From: Girardia tigrina
Taxonomy: Eukaryota
NCBI GenBank assembly: GCA_001938485.1
Contig: MQRK01167267.1
Coordinates: forward strand, 38,647 to 102,061
Reading direction: 5' to 3'
DNA: 63,415 nucleotides
The position numbers and the translations under genes are program-made. Under the pieces are notes generated by a model. That model was not told the DNA's origin and ran no database searches. It saw nothing but the letters and a program-made list of their open reading frames with translations. How positions within the stretch are numbered: the stretch's first letter is position 1; each line of letters begins with the position of its first letter. Below are positions 12,400 through 25,468 of the stretch, one piece after another.

Positions 12400-13060
12400 A
12401 ACATATTGAAGATGCAAATGTTACGTTTATTTGAATTCTGGATCAATTAGTCAAATCTATACCAAGATAAGCCTGAATTTTAATTTATGTCAAAATAATC
12501 TCACAAAATTGGAAACAAATGACTCTTATAGGTTCGGCCAAATTAGTGATTCTACATACAATATGATAGAGTACAAATGTTTACATGTATTCTAATTCAT
12601 TAGAAAGAGTAAGGAGTATCATGAGCCATATAATGTATCTTACCGTAAGTTGTACTTTGGTCTTTGTATACAGCGGACTGGAAGTTTTTGGAGGATCATG
12701 CACTGTGCACGTCAAAAATAACTCATGAAGAAGTCAATACAATGGAATGGCCGGATGCCAATGTCATTGAAAACACGTAGACTTTGTTAAAGAACAAGTT
12801 GTATTGATATTGCAGTAGATTAACACGTGCAGAAATCATCAAGAAAGTACAGGAAATATAGGCGAACGATACTGAACTCACCAGCATGTGCATTTCTCGT
12901 GTGTCGTCAATTTGCAACGTATTCAAATGATCATACAAATCGTGGTGGTTCTTGCTTGTATTGAATTATAATCTTTTTATCTTGGTGTTTCAATTTTCTC
13001 AATCATAATTTATGTGGAATTACTAATTTAGCCGATCCAGTATGATCCAATATGTTTTTT
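12400..13060 (+). mobile_element. decayed Tc1-like transposase remnant
   Basis: Fragments FLEDHA..., MEWPDANVIEN.. (WPxxSPDLNxIE-like), LLKNKL, TRAEIIKKVQEI and RIQMII..RGG. Confidence 0.6.
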
Positions 13061-14114
13061 ATGTTTACATTAGCCTAAATACTTGTTTTTGGATTATGCT
13101 CGAAAATTCTTCTATTATGAATTTCGACATTTTAATATATATTTAACTAATATAAGTTACCTGCACTGGAAGGATTTTAACCATTCAAGGAAGGTCTTAA
13201 CATATGAAGAGATTAATGAATTAAGTTGTACATTCTTTTTAACATTTTTTAGAATAAAAATGAATATTAAGAAATTACAGATGTTGTTAAATAGTTATTT
13301 CTATTATCTTACATATGTGATAATGTCGAGTAATCAAGTTTATTCGTTGAAATTATTAAATTCTTCTCGTGAAATTTGAAAAAAAGTTGTCCAGACTTAT
13401 GAACACCAAATTGCTTTGTGTTTTTGATAAAATCGGAAACTTTGAAATGTTGTGTAGCAAGTTATTGTTGTCCAGGGTGATTTGCTGAGTTAATAGGATG
13501 GATGTTCTACTGATGCTCCTTTAATTTATTGCACTAATTTGATAAAATTAATAAGGAATTCCTCGCATAACATCTTTGGCATGGAGAGTCGATTGACAAA
13601 TTAGCTTTGTTCCTGTGGTGGCTGGTGTAAATAAAGAATTCCATGAAAAATTGTCAATCTTTTCTGACCGATACTCCCGATGCATATTTTGCGACTCCTA
13701 CCACAGAAGCAAGTAAGATGAAAACTATTTTTTAGGAAGTGTAACTAATGGTTGGTTCGCTATTCTTTGTCAGCTTGCAAGGGACAAGAGTTGAGTAAAG
13801 GGTTTTGCTTCCGTTAATTGGTAAAACTGAGAAATTTCATTGAAAATTTCCCACCAGTCACAATTGGAGAAGTGATTTTAAATCTAAAGTTATATATAAT
13901 TACACGTAAAAAATGAATAAATAACACCAAATAATTTATTTAACCTTAATATGCCTAGGTTCGTTTAACTATTCAAAATTTCTCGACCAATTGTGATATA
14001 ATTAAATTATGGATTTTGTTTCAACTAGAGTTAATAATTCGGAAGATGTTCCAACTGCATCTAACACATGTTTTTAAATTAAAAACTTAGAATATAAATT
14101 CGATTTTGTATTTT

Positions 14115-14510
14115 ATTTCGATAGAACAAGTTAATAGTTTCAAATACGTAGGCTCTACTATCACAGAGAATGGGGTAACCGAAGAAGAAATCAGAAGCCG
14201 GATATGTAAGGCAAAAAGACCAATGATTAAGCTTAGCACAGTTTTTAACCTCAAAGAAATTAATCTCAAGAGAAGAAAAAAGATCAATAAGATCAATAAT
14301 ACTTTTCTATGGATGTGAGAGTTGGACAATAAATCAGAAGTGCCTGAATAGACTTAAAGCAAAGTCCAAAGAAACAATGGACAGAAGACTAAAAGCATAA
14401 AGTTGATTGAACTTAGAAGGTCTGTGAAGAGAGGCTGCAAATACAGAAATGTTGCAAAGGCTTGTACATAATTAGGTGCACCCATGGCCCAAAGACCAAA
14501 AGAAGAAAGA
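14115..14510 (+). mobile_element. 5'-truncated RTE-like LINE 3' fragment
   Basis: IEQVNSFKYVGSTITENG..EEIRSRICKAK followed by frameshifted YGCESWT, then a GAA-rich tail at ~14495-14510. Confidence 0.75.
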
Positions 14511-15258
14511 GTATTTTATTTCTATAACGAATATTTGGTATTTTTTGATTACTGACTAGTTAAAATTTTTTGTCTATATTTTTGCAATAATAAAAATGAA
14601 ACTAAATTATTTATTTTCGCAATTCGGGGTATTTTATCTTTTCAAATAATTTCCTCATTGAAAGAACAACTTTTTGGTTCTTTAAGGTGCGGAAAAAACT
14701 CTTCAGAGACTGGGTTGTCCGAATCAGCAATCGATGCTTGATAGTTTAAGATTCAATCGTGATCCTAAAACTAGACTTACGAAACACTCATCTTAATATG
14801 CCAAGTATTTTGCTATCTTAACTGCAAAAACCTTGATCCAACAACTCGTTTGAGCTGTAAAAACCGAAATTTGCATTTCGAATTTATCAATTTGTTGAAA
14901 TTTGCGATCGATTGAAAATTGACCTCTAGAAATATGCTCAGTTCTACAGAATAGGAAACCTCATTTCAATTGTAACTCTGACCTGTAATAAACATGCAGA
15001 ATTCGTCCCAGGGAAAATTTCAGTCGATCTATGTGGTCTGTTTTCAAGATGTTGTCAGTAAATTTTATGAAGAAAAATTAAAAAAAAAATTCAACATAGA
15101 TCAAACAGATTTGATGTTCTCCGTTTTTTAAAATGCATGAGTTTTGTAGAATTCGATGTTGAACTTAACAGTGTATATTGCAATAATTTTACAAATGAAA
15201 CTGAGAAACTAAGAACAAATCACGACATGTACATCACAGTACATCAGAGTTGTGGTAA

Positions 15259-16581
15259 TAAGATGTGTCCACTAAAAAAGTGCACAAGTTTTAAAACCAT
15301 CATAACTTTTTAATGTAATATTATTTAATTTCGTAAATTTGGAATTTAAATATTTGTTTTAATAGGTTAGAAATAGTAAAGCAGGTATTTAAAATTTTTG
15401 ATTTAATATGTTTTATTTTAGAGACAATTATAATGATTTCAAAACGACATGAAGATATAATCAATTTTTTCAAAACGCACAGTAAAAGTGAGACTGTGAC
15501 AACGTTTATTGGCATTCATTTTTCCAGAAGAGGTATATATGCAATAATACAACGCTATGAGAAGATCGGCAGCATTGAAAGAAAAGTAGGAAGTGGAAGG
15601 AAACCTGTTAAAATGACGTCAGACAAAAGGAAGAGACTTCTGCAGCGTGCAACTTTGACTGTTGGACAAAGTGTGAGAAAGTTAGGTAGATAAATGAATG
15701 TTTCAAAGTCTTACGTGCATAAGATGCTCAAGACTAATAACATAGTGTTTCGAAAGAGGCTAGAAGCCCCAAAGGTTACTCCGACACAGATTATTCGCCA
15801 GAAAGCCAGGTTGCAAAATCTCGCTAAAATTATTGTAGAAAAGACCAAAACCGACTTTGTACATGATGATGAGTCATATTTTAAACTCACCGGAGCAATG
15901 ACATCGGGTTATTATGTGGACCAAAAAAAGTTCAGTGATGTACCTGATAATATTCGCCTTAAATTTCGAGAGAAATTCACAGTAAAAGTTTTGGTTTGGG
16001 CAACTGTTTCCAGACGAGGCATTTCAAACCTGTACATCAGGAAATGGAAATCTGTAGCTTCTAATTCNNATATTTATATCTCCGAGTGCTTAACGAAGCG
16101 TTTGCTTCTTTATCTGAATGAGAAATACCCAGCTGGTCACTTCATCTTCTGGCCAGATCTTGCTTCTTGTCACTACGCCAAAGCAAGTCTGAAGTGCTTC
16201 GAGGACAACAAAATTCCATTTGTCAAAAAAGATTCAAATCCACCTTGTGCTCCCCAAATACGCATAATTGAAAAGTTTTGGGCTCATTTAAAGGAGAAGG
16301 TATATGAAAAGGGTTGGACTGCCGATTCTGAAGACCAGTTGATTCGCAGAATCAAAACTAAAGCAAAGCAGTTTAACAATTTATATTTTAGGACATTATT
16401 TGAAAATTTTAGACAAAGAATAATGCTTGCTAACTCTTATGGCCTTAATAGTTTGATATAATTAAATAGTTATTGTGTTATTATGATCTAGTCTTTGTTC
16501 AGATTTCCGTCAATTTGAAGGTCTAATTAAAAAGTTATGATGGTTTTAAAACTTGTGTACTTTTTTAGTGGACACACCTAA
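15259..16581 (+). mobile_element. full-length ITmD37E (DD37E) Tc1/mariner-superfamily transposon
   Basis: ~55-bp TIRs (GTGTCCACTAAAAAAGT..CAAGTTTTAAAACCATCATAACTTTTTAAT) with TA at the right end; contains the transposase. Confidence 0.93.
15433..16461 (+). pseudogene. DD37E transposase with one in-frame stop (15691-93)
   Basis: Two contiguous in-frame ORFs with GSGRK, HDDESYF, FWPDLASCHY and NPPCAPQIRIIEKFW; 37 residues between D2 and E. Confidence 0.9.
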
Positions 16582-18133
16582 TATTGCTTCCACCTCCTGA
16601 TTTCCACAACCTTGGAAAACCTTCTTCAGAATTTGTCTTATTTAATTCTCTGAAAGATGTCTTGGAAGATCATCATTTCTTTTCAAAATACAATTCGTAA
16701 AATGTGATATCGGAATTTTAGGATAAAAATCGTCAGTTACCTTTAAAAATGCCTTGTTTTTACTAACAAAACACTGGCAAAAATGCGTTTCTCGTTTTGG
16801 AAAAGTATGATTTTATTAATCTTTAACAACATTCATGTTTTTATTGTTAAAATAAAAAAATAATTTTCGAATTTCAGATTGTTGCTGTTTTAGGTTAACT
16901 ACTTTAGCTGCGCCATCGCATATCATACCCGATTCGAATTCATTTTTAAAACTTTATTTTTGCATAAAATTAAAGTTAAATATAATTAAAAAAATAAATC
17001 TTTCAATATTTGAATAATTTTAAATAAATCTTTCAAAAAAATATGATACCAAATATTTCAAAGGATATAAAAAATTTTGTTTGAGAAAATTAAAATGGAA
17101 ATTTCAATTTTCTACTTGAAAAATTATTTATATAAAATAAAAGAAAATTATATTTTCACTTGCATTAATCATTGAAATGAATCTTTTAATGGAATATTTT
17201 TTTTCGATTTGAGAATCAAAACTCGTAAATTAAATGAATAAATATAAAACTATATTTTTATCGTTTTAAATGCAAATCAAAATTAATTGAAAAATAAAAT
17301 CAAATTAAAAATGAAATTTCTTTGGCTTTGAATTAATAACAAAATATATTTGCTGCAATATTTATAAATATATAATTTTTGAGATTATTCTTCTTTTTCT
17401 ATTTGTGTTTAGAAGTGACAAAAAAACATCAAAATATGTGAGAGAAGTTTGGATTTAATTAGAGAAGTTTGCTGTGTAAATAAAGATCAAATTAAATACT
17501 AATTAATCTACATTTGCAATTGTCAGGTTTTAGATTTAAATATGCCACAATTTTCATCACGAAGATAATTAAAACTAATCTTTTCCCATTTTATATCAAC
17601 ATTCAATGAACCCTTCGCAATCTGTAGAAGAAATTCTACAAAACAAATGATAATCTACACTGATAATTGGGTAAAAGAAAATAATAATAAACAGAATAAT
17701 TTTGATAATAAATAGTAATAATACAACATTAAACTTTCAGATCTATTTTTCATTCTAGATCAATTTTAAATATTGAGTAAGTTAATTTTTAAAATAATTA
17801 GTAAAAATGTTGAATGTCATTTTTCAAATTTTTTTGTAAATAATTTTGGTGGATGATTCAGTGCCTTTGTCAGACTAAATTAACATTAGTTTTTGTAGCT
17901 TATTATGAAAAGTTGATCATACAGTAGAAAAACAAAGGATTTTTTTAAACCAAAGTGTATTTAATTAGACACATGATAAAGGCAAACAATTACACTTTTG
18001 TAGATGCAATATGTTGTTGATTGCTGTGCCGATGAAGGGGACTGTTCTCTGAAGTGACTGCCATTCAGAGTATTCAGAATTATCGACTTTGAAAGTTTTT
18101 TTTAATTTTTAAATGGTAATTATTATTATGAAT

Positions 18134-18352
18134 TGGTTTGAATTCTGTGTTGATTTAACAGTCAGTCAAATAAATCGGCTCCCGGTGCCTTTCGACAACG
18201 GTGTTGTACAGACAGAACCGTCTCAATGCGGACTATGCAGAATAATCTCAACTTTATGGTGAATCACTCCCTGTTCCTCCACTATTTCACATTTTATCAG
18301 CATATATATGATCATAGTAAAATTTGAGCTTGACCGACAAACCTTGAATCAG
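18134..18352. repeat. dispersed GC-enriched repeat family 'D', copy 1 (others ~18650-18790 and ~23053-23274)
   Basis: Shared GAATTCTGTGTT..TCGGCTCCCG..CCTTTCG..ACAGAC.GAACCGTCTC..TCACTCCCTGTTCCT..AGTAAAATTTGA.CTTGACCGA. Confidence 0.8.
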
Positions 18353-18562
18353 ACGATAACAAAATTTTGCAAATATAACCTAAACTAATTTTTAGAAATA
18401 TCGTTAGTAAATAAGTCATAGGAATAGCCACTTGTCAAGTAAATTAGTATTTTGTTATATTTTTATTTAGTATTTTCATAAAAATTTTCACGGAATTCCT
18501 TCTAGGAATCATCAAAATCGTCATTATTCGAAATCGGTGTAAATTTAGCCTTTTTTATCATT

Positions 18563-18646
18563 TTTTTTATCTTTTACAACAACTTTTATCTTTTTCGATC
18601 GATCTTTTTTATCTTTTACAACAACTTTTATCTTTTTCGATCGATT
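18563..18646 (+). repeat. ~42-bp tandem duplication
   Basis: TTTTTTATCTTTTACAACAACTTTTATCTTTTTCGATCGAT occurs twice. Confidence 0.85.
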
Positions 18647-19407
18647 TCATTGGCTTCCGGGCGTCTTTCGGCCAAGGCGCTACACCGACAAAATTGTATT
18701 GATGCAGGCTATCCAGATTGACCACGTACTTAAATGGATTCACTCTAGTTCGTTCGCAATTTCACATTGAAAAGCGTGACCGGCAGACAAATACACTTTT
18801 TATACAAATATTGTAAATATTTGGAGGGAAATTTATGCGGAAAACTACGGTACATTGAAGAATTGATTCATGAAATGTTAGATAAATATTAAATGAGTAA
18901 ATTAATGGTAGTTTAAAATAAAAATAGCTGCTAACTAAGAAATAAGACAAAAGAAAAAAACAAGTCAACCTTCTTCATTACTATTGAAAATAAAAATTAA
19001 TTTTTATATAGTTATAAATTTTCCGAATTAAAAAAAAATCAATGTAAATTTTTGATTTTTCTATTTATATACCAAATGTTATCTTCTTTCATGCTCAAAG
19101 ACAATCTCAAGTGTTTAGCTGTATTTTTTGAAGACTCATATCATGTTGTTGAATTTTTAATATATGTATTACAAGAAAATTTTAAAATAATTACATTAAA
19201 AAAGAATTAAATAAAAACTATTATTAAATTCAAAAAATATTACATAATTTAAATAATTAATTTCTGAATGTAGTTTTATCCATTTATTAAATATGAATTT
19301 AATTTCAAAAAAAAGTTTTTAGTCTGGATTTAGGGATTGTTTATAATCGTTGTTAAATCATCGAGTAAGTGTGTGTTAATATGAGGTTGGTAGTGTATGC
19401 AGTTATA

Positions 19408-19730
19408 GTGGTGGCCTCCGGATCAGGCTGGGAAGGCCTGCACCCATTAGAGCAAAATTTTTACGCGCAGGAAATTACCGTTCGGACGAACAGAACGACC
19501 GGTCGGTGCACCGCTGAGTAGCGGTCCCCCATCTGGTTCGCTGTGGCTTCCCACGCCGCGTACCTTATTTCGTGACCACCGATGGAGCTCAAAGTGCTGA
19601 ATAATCGACTCGGTTCATCGACACATGACCCGAATGTGCAGTTGATGTGATCGCGCGGATCCACCGTGCATCGCTGAATTGTGTGATGTATCGGTGTCCG
19701 ACCGGTCGGGGCCACTGCCGCACAGTGTGG
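19408..19730. repeat. GC-rich hairpin-rich dispersed module, copy A
   Basis: Alignable with 31949-32243 (GGAAATTACCGTTCGGACGAAC, GGTCGGTGCACCGCTGAGTAGC); contains multiple stems. Confidence 0.8.
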
Positions 19731-20578
19731 TTTGAATTATTATCCAATAACAAAGATAATTAACCAAGAGGAGACACTTATTACAATTATAAAGTTTGAA
19801 TTTTTTACACCATTTCATAATTTATTTAGCTCGGTAAAACAAACAAGAAATTTTTTTATTAAATTTTTTACGAGCCCCACAGAAGTAATTGAATCGATTG
19901 ACTTTTCTCTAATTGGTAAACTAATCAGAGCAAGATTCCTTTGATGATAAAAATTTTAGTAATTTAAAAATCACTGGTTTGCGGTTTTATATGAGCGAGT
20001 TTTTGATTACTCAATTTCTTGTTAAATGAACAACTGTTTTGGTTACTGAATATTTTATACGAACAAAATTTTGTGTCAAAATTAAGTAATAAATGGTCTG
20101 ATGTTTTGTGAGTTAGATTTAAAGAATTTGTATGAATTTGTGAAACAAATTCTATTCGGACTTTTTATGATTTTATTTTTTCAAACGAAACGGATTTTTT
20201 GTACGAATTTTAAATTTACTGATTTTTGAAAGATTACTATGTACTGTTTCCCGAAATTATTTTCCAATTTTGAACATCTAATTTCACAAATGCTTCATTT
20301 ATTATAGAAAGAAAAATTATGTTTCTGATCGACAATATAAAATTCTTGAAAAGACATAATGAATAAAAGACACTTGATCTCGAGCCGAATAAATGATGAT
20401 TAGTCTGAACTATGAAAAATGGCCCTAGCACTAACTGCAGCAAATCCACAGTCATGACTCTGATACTACCGATCAGTCTCAACTCAACCTGGGAACTGTT
20501 TTAAACATAAATAATAAAATAATTATTGAAGATAAAAATTATTATCGAATAAAAGAATTAAATAATAACACCCCTGAC

Positions 20579-20877
20579 ATGCTGGCCCTCGGACCGAGCG
20601 ATGGTAACCAGCATCTGCAATGCGGAAAATTGCCGAGCGAGGAAGTCAAACGATTGGTTGAGTGGACGCCACGAACCGATCTGGCCCGATGGTCACCGGT
20701 CAGTGCTAAGTGTCGGTAAATAAATGTCGAATTCTCGTCCCGTCTCTCCGGCTTCATTGCAGATAGTGCCGCTCGGACTGGCGGTTTGTGTGACCGGCTT
20801 GTCGGCCGGCGACCCGAATTTAGTTTGAATTTAGTTAGCACTCGTAGATATTTCGAGGTGTGCCGTAACATACCTGT
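20579..20877. repeat. GC-rich module, divergent copy B
   Basis: TGCTGGCC...CCAGCA..TGCGGAAAATTGCCG matches the start of copies A and C. Confidence 0.6.
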
Positions 20878-21406
20878 AATATCATCGGAAGAAAGTATAA
20901 TTATAATCGGTGAAAGCAGACACGAACAGAAGTCGATTTGACAATCATTTATTTTTAATTCACATTCAATAATTACATTTTTTTAAATTTTTACTCATCA
21001 AGTCCGAGAAAATTTAAAAAAGTGTTTGTTTTTGTTTTTATAATTTTTTCTTTAATAATTTTGTCAATCGTTTTTTCTGTGTCATCCCAACCCCAAAATA
21101 TACAAAAGAAGTTACCCATATAATGAAAGTCACACTAAAAGTCTTTGAAAACAGTCTTAATAAACATTGACATATAGATTTAACAGATCACCATAAATTC
21201 AGTGGGTAGTTGAATTTACGACTGAACTTAAACGAATAATCGGTTTTAGCCCTGAAAGATTTTATAAGAGAATAGATTGTCGATTCGAAGGTCTATATAG
21301 ATTTGAATTGGAATAATTGCTAATAAAATATTCTATTATTAACTTTTTCCGGGAAATCGGTAAAATATAACAGAGTTTGAAGTTATTAATTTTATTGTAT
21401 TATATA

Positions 21407-21678
21407 CAGGGTGGCCCAATGGGTACGCAGCCTCTAATTTTTGCATATTCTAAATCTACTCGTCAAGACGAGTATTTTGATATATAACATGTGAGGTGTA
21501 AAAATTCCAGAACTTGNNNNNNNNNNNNNNNNNNNNNNNNNNNNNNNNNNNNNNNNNNNNNNNNNNGTCAAGTTCTGGAATTTTTACACCTCACATGTTA
21601 TATATCAAAATACTCGTCTTGACGAGTAGATTTAGAATATGCAAAAATTAGAGGCTGCGTACCCATTGGGCCACCCTG
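21407..21678. mobile_element. young Tc1/mariner-type MITE (interior is a gap)
   Basis: Perfect ~110-bp TIRs starting CAGGGTGGCCCAATGGG, with TA on both sides. Confidence 0.9.
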
Positions 21679-23052
21679 TATTTAACGAAATCTAGTTATT
21701 TTCTTAATTAATTTTAGGTTGCATTCATTTATAGACGCAGATTGATTTGCGTAGTTTCTTGGAAGAAACTGATTATGATAATTGCTTCAATAATCTCACA
21801 TGCTCTTTGATCATTAATTTATTCATTCGTTTTAGCTATAATTGAATCACTTGAATAACTATTCCGGAGCGTTTTTGAAATGCAACATATTCTTCTGTTG
21901 TTTTTGTTTAAGATTATGCAAATGGTTTTGAGAGATACTTAGTACAACCTTACAAATACTTTCCAAATTCATTGGATTAATAATACTTTGAAATAAATGA
22001 ATGAATTAAGTCGGATAACATCTCAAATCATACATCTTATGGACCAAGTATCTCTTTTGACATAAATAATATTGTAAATCCAATCGAAAAACTTTATTCT
22101 ACTAAAATACATAAAATAGTTAAATTACAATAATGAATATAAATATAAATAAATTCAAAACACATGAATTTAATAATACGAGAAATGAATGATTTAAACA
22201 ATATGTAAATTCACAACATTCATCCACACACATAAAAAGTAGCATCGAATAAAAAAGGTCACTGCCAAACAAAGTATTGTAGAAAACAGAGAAAAGTTAA
22301 AAAATGTCGAAAATTGAAAAAAACAAAAATTAAAATAACAAATTTGAAATACCTCAAAAAGGAAATTTTCATTTTATACATTTTATTTTATTTTTTAATT
22401 TTAAAAACTTCAATTGTAATTTGTATTCTTCATAATATTGAAAATCCCATTTTAATTAGGAAGCCGTAACACAAGTTCTCTTTACTAAAAATATTTCCAC
22501 TCTTAACCCTTACTAGGACATGGGATATATTCCTTTGTTATGTTTAAGAAGTGTAAACTTAAAAATATATATAGTACTAAAATTTTATGTCTATTAGAAT
22601 CAAATAAAATAGTTTAAAAAATAATTCCTAAATAATTATGTTTAATCTTATTATATATTTCTTGCTCAACTTCTAATTCTATTAATGAGACGTTTATTAG
22701 ATCTTATATCTGTCAGACTGATCTGAATTACTGGAAAATAGCTATTACGATAAAAGCTCTTTTCTGTTTTTAAAGCCGTTTTTTATAGTTTCAGAAGTAA
22801 AATTATTTTTTGGTGTCTCAGTTTCGCGCAATATAAAATAAATAGTAATTATATTAATAATGATAAATAATTATGATAATAATTATAAATAATAATACGT
22901 GCTAATTATAATTTCCTCAAATAATTATCTTACTTTTAAATATAATTTACGACTATAAAAACACCCGTCATGTATGACGGGTCAGCTGAATTTTTGTATT
23001 TGATAGTTTCTGTTTTAATTTTTAAATCGTAATTAAAATAATTTATTATTTA

Positions 23053-23274
23053 TTGTTTCGAATTCTGTGTTAATTTAACTGTTGGTCAATTAAGTCGGCT
23101 CCCGCACCTTTCGGAAACGGCACTGCACAGACTGAACCGTCTCGATGCAGGCTGTGTAGATTGACCTCAACTTTACGCGGATTCACTCCCTGTTCCTCTA
23201 CCACTTCGCGTTTTATCGGCATATATATGATTATAGTAAAATTTGACCTTGACCGATAAACCGTGATTCAGATT
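23053..23274. repeat. family 'D' copy 3, followed at ~23275 by the start of a TGTGAGG LTR-like element (also at ~60167)
   Basis: Homology to 18134-18352; 23275-23385 matches 60167-60265. Confidence 0.75.
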
Positions 23275-24490
23275 GTGAGGAATATTTGGTGTGTGGATGT
23301 TTTTGTGTAGTGTTGGCATGCTGAAATATTGTATGTTGATTTGGGATTGCGCCTCTCCTAACCAGATGGATTATCAATATTTAATTTCTTGTAATCTGAA
23401 ACTAATTTATTTAAATTTAGATTTAATATCCAAATTTTTAATTTTTATTATTGCAACTTTTAAATAATTTCATTAATTTTCTAATGTGTTAGCACAGTGC
23501 TTTTAAGTTCCACATGTGCAAAAGTGCCTACATCAAATTTTTTAAAAGTACAAGTGTCAAAAATCGATATCATGTGTCTGATACACATTTTGATTCTCTA
23601 TTTGAATGTGCAATTCAAATTTTCATATATTGATTACTTTTCTCTATAATAAGCATAATGTGCAAATTTGCACAAATTGCACATTGATTTTAGGCCTAGG
23701 CAAAGGTACAAGGAAGCAGAATATCAAGAAAGTGCTCATGCACTTGAATAGTAACCCACATACGTACATTCAGATTCCACATCAACATTTTCATAAAAGT
23801 GCTCAGTTGGTATAAGACAAGATAAAGATTGGTATAAGACAAGTATTTTCAACAAACATTTATTAACATATGTACAATATTTACAAGTTAATTTTTTTTA
23901 TTTGTTAATTTTTAAATAATTAAAATCAAATTAATGTTTAAAAATGACTAGAAATATTTTATTTAAGCCAATAAAATTTAAATTAAATATTTTTGAATAA
24001 AATAATCTTCTCAAGTATAGTTCAGATTATAATGAGAGATATTGAAAATTGATTGATGGATCTAAGGGAAAGCAATACTATTGATCATCATAAAGATGAT
24101 AAGAAATGTGAATGTAATAAATGTTCTGTCAAATGTGTGAGTTCTCTTAACATGGCGACTTCACACCATAACAGGTATTCAAAGATTATGGGATTATCAG
24201 AGGAGAGTAAAATCCTACTAGAAACACCCTAGCTGACTCCAGATGCGATTCTGAGATACAAAAAGGCCCCAGGGAGTATTTGCGAAGAGAAAATGCGAGC
24301 AGCATTTTCAAAAGAGAAATCTATTTTGGATTTGATGAAAGATCTCATTGAGTTAAGAGTAGGTTGCGGTGACCCGTCACTTACGTTCCGCAAAGCAGAT
24401 GAGATAATCGAAAAATTAGTGGAGAAAAAGTTTGGTAAAAAAGAACTATCAAACTTGATCTGTATTACGGAAACGAGCTAATGAGTCAAA

Positions 24491-25468
24491 GATCGTCACT
24501 AGCTCGTCTACGCAACCTCGTTTTGTACGATAAATAAAATAAAAAGAATATAAATAATTAAATAAAAATTATAATTGTATGAATAAACGGTATAACAACG
24601 TAAGGTAAAGTTAAACACAGAGGTCAATTGATCACGAAGGAATAACGTACGTAATTTATGGAATAATAAAAAAAATAAATCACTGGATTAGAAACCTGAG
24701 ATCTCGATGCTATCAAGTCGGTTTCTGTTCGGGGGATAGATCGGAATTGAGAATCGTTGATTGGGTTTGAAATACAGCCTGGAATACGAGAACTGTTTCG
24801 GTATGGAGAAAATGTTCCCGTATTCGAATTTGTCAGGTGAATAAGCCGATTCGCTGACCTTATCTCAGACACGGGTATTTGATTTATCGATGATAATTAT
24901 GAAAACGCCGAATAAAACGTCAATCGTTGCTTTCTTGAAAGTTTGTCGAATTAACTTGACGTTGTTCAAATTAATGCTTGCAATTTTCTCGATCAATTTT
25001 TTTAATCGATCGTTTTTTTAATTTATATTGTCATTGGCAATACAGTTTTAGTTTTATGTTTTAATCATATGGAAATAAATAATATCATTAAAACTGAATG
25101 GCGAAAATTGCGAGCGATATTCATTCGTCGAATTCACATCGACATAAATTGCCTCTCAATTAATAGTTGAATAAACATTACCTATCGAAGATAGAAACAG
25201 AAAATATTCCATTGAAATTAACAAATTGCAAAAATTATTTCCAATTAAAATTCGTTAAAAAAAATTTCTCATAAGAAAAAAATTCCACTCAATAAAAAAA
25301 ATAATACGTGTCAAGTAAAATAAAATAAAATGTCATATACAGCAAAAAGAATAGAGGTTTTACATAATCACAAAAATGAGTAAAAAAAATCATAAGAACT
25401 CTACATGTCAAAAAAAAGGTGATGCACTACAATCTGTGCTAATATGATTGACGATGATAACGACGATC
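24491..25468. mobile_element. unclassified 978-bp insertion in Gypsy gag with GATC-starting imperfect TIRs
   Basis: GATCGTCACTAGCTCGTC ... GACGATGATAACGACGATC; gag-like coding sequence resumes directly after it (QEIAIRGV). Confidence 0.6.

Noticed and set aside
22502-22985. TTAACCCTT start and ACCCGTCATGTATGACGGGT palindrome suggesting piggyBac ends (similar hints at ~37990 and 41683-42014)
   Set aside because: Only single or very degenerate ends, so elements could not be delimited.
23495-23501. CACAGTG heptamers (also ~19721, ~34038) as RSS or Transib ends
   Set aside because: No matching partner end with a 5-bp TSD or nonamer was found.
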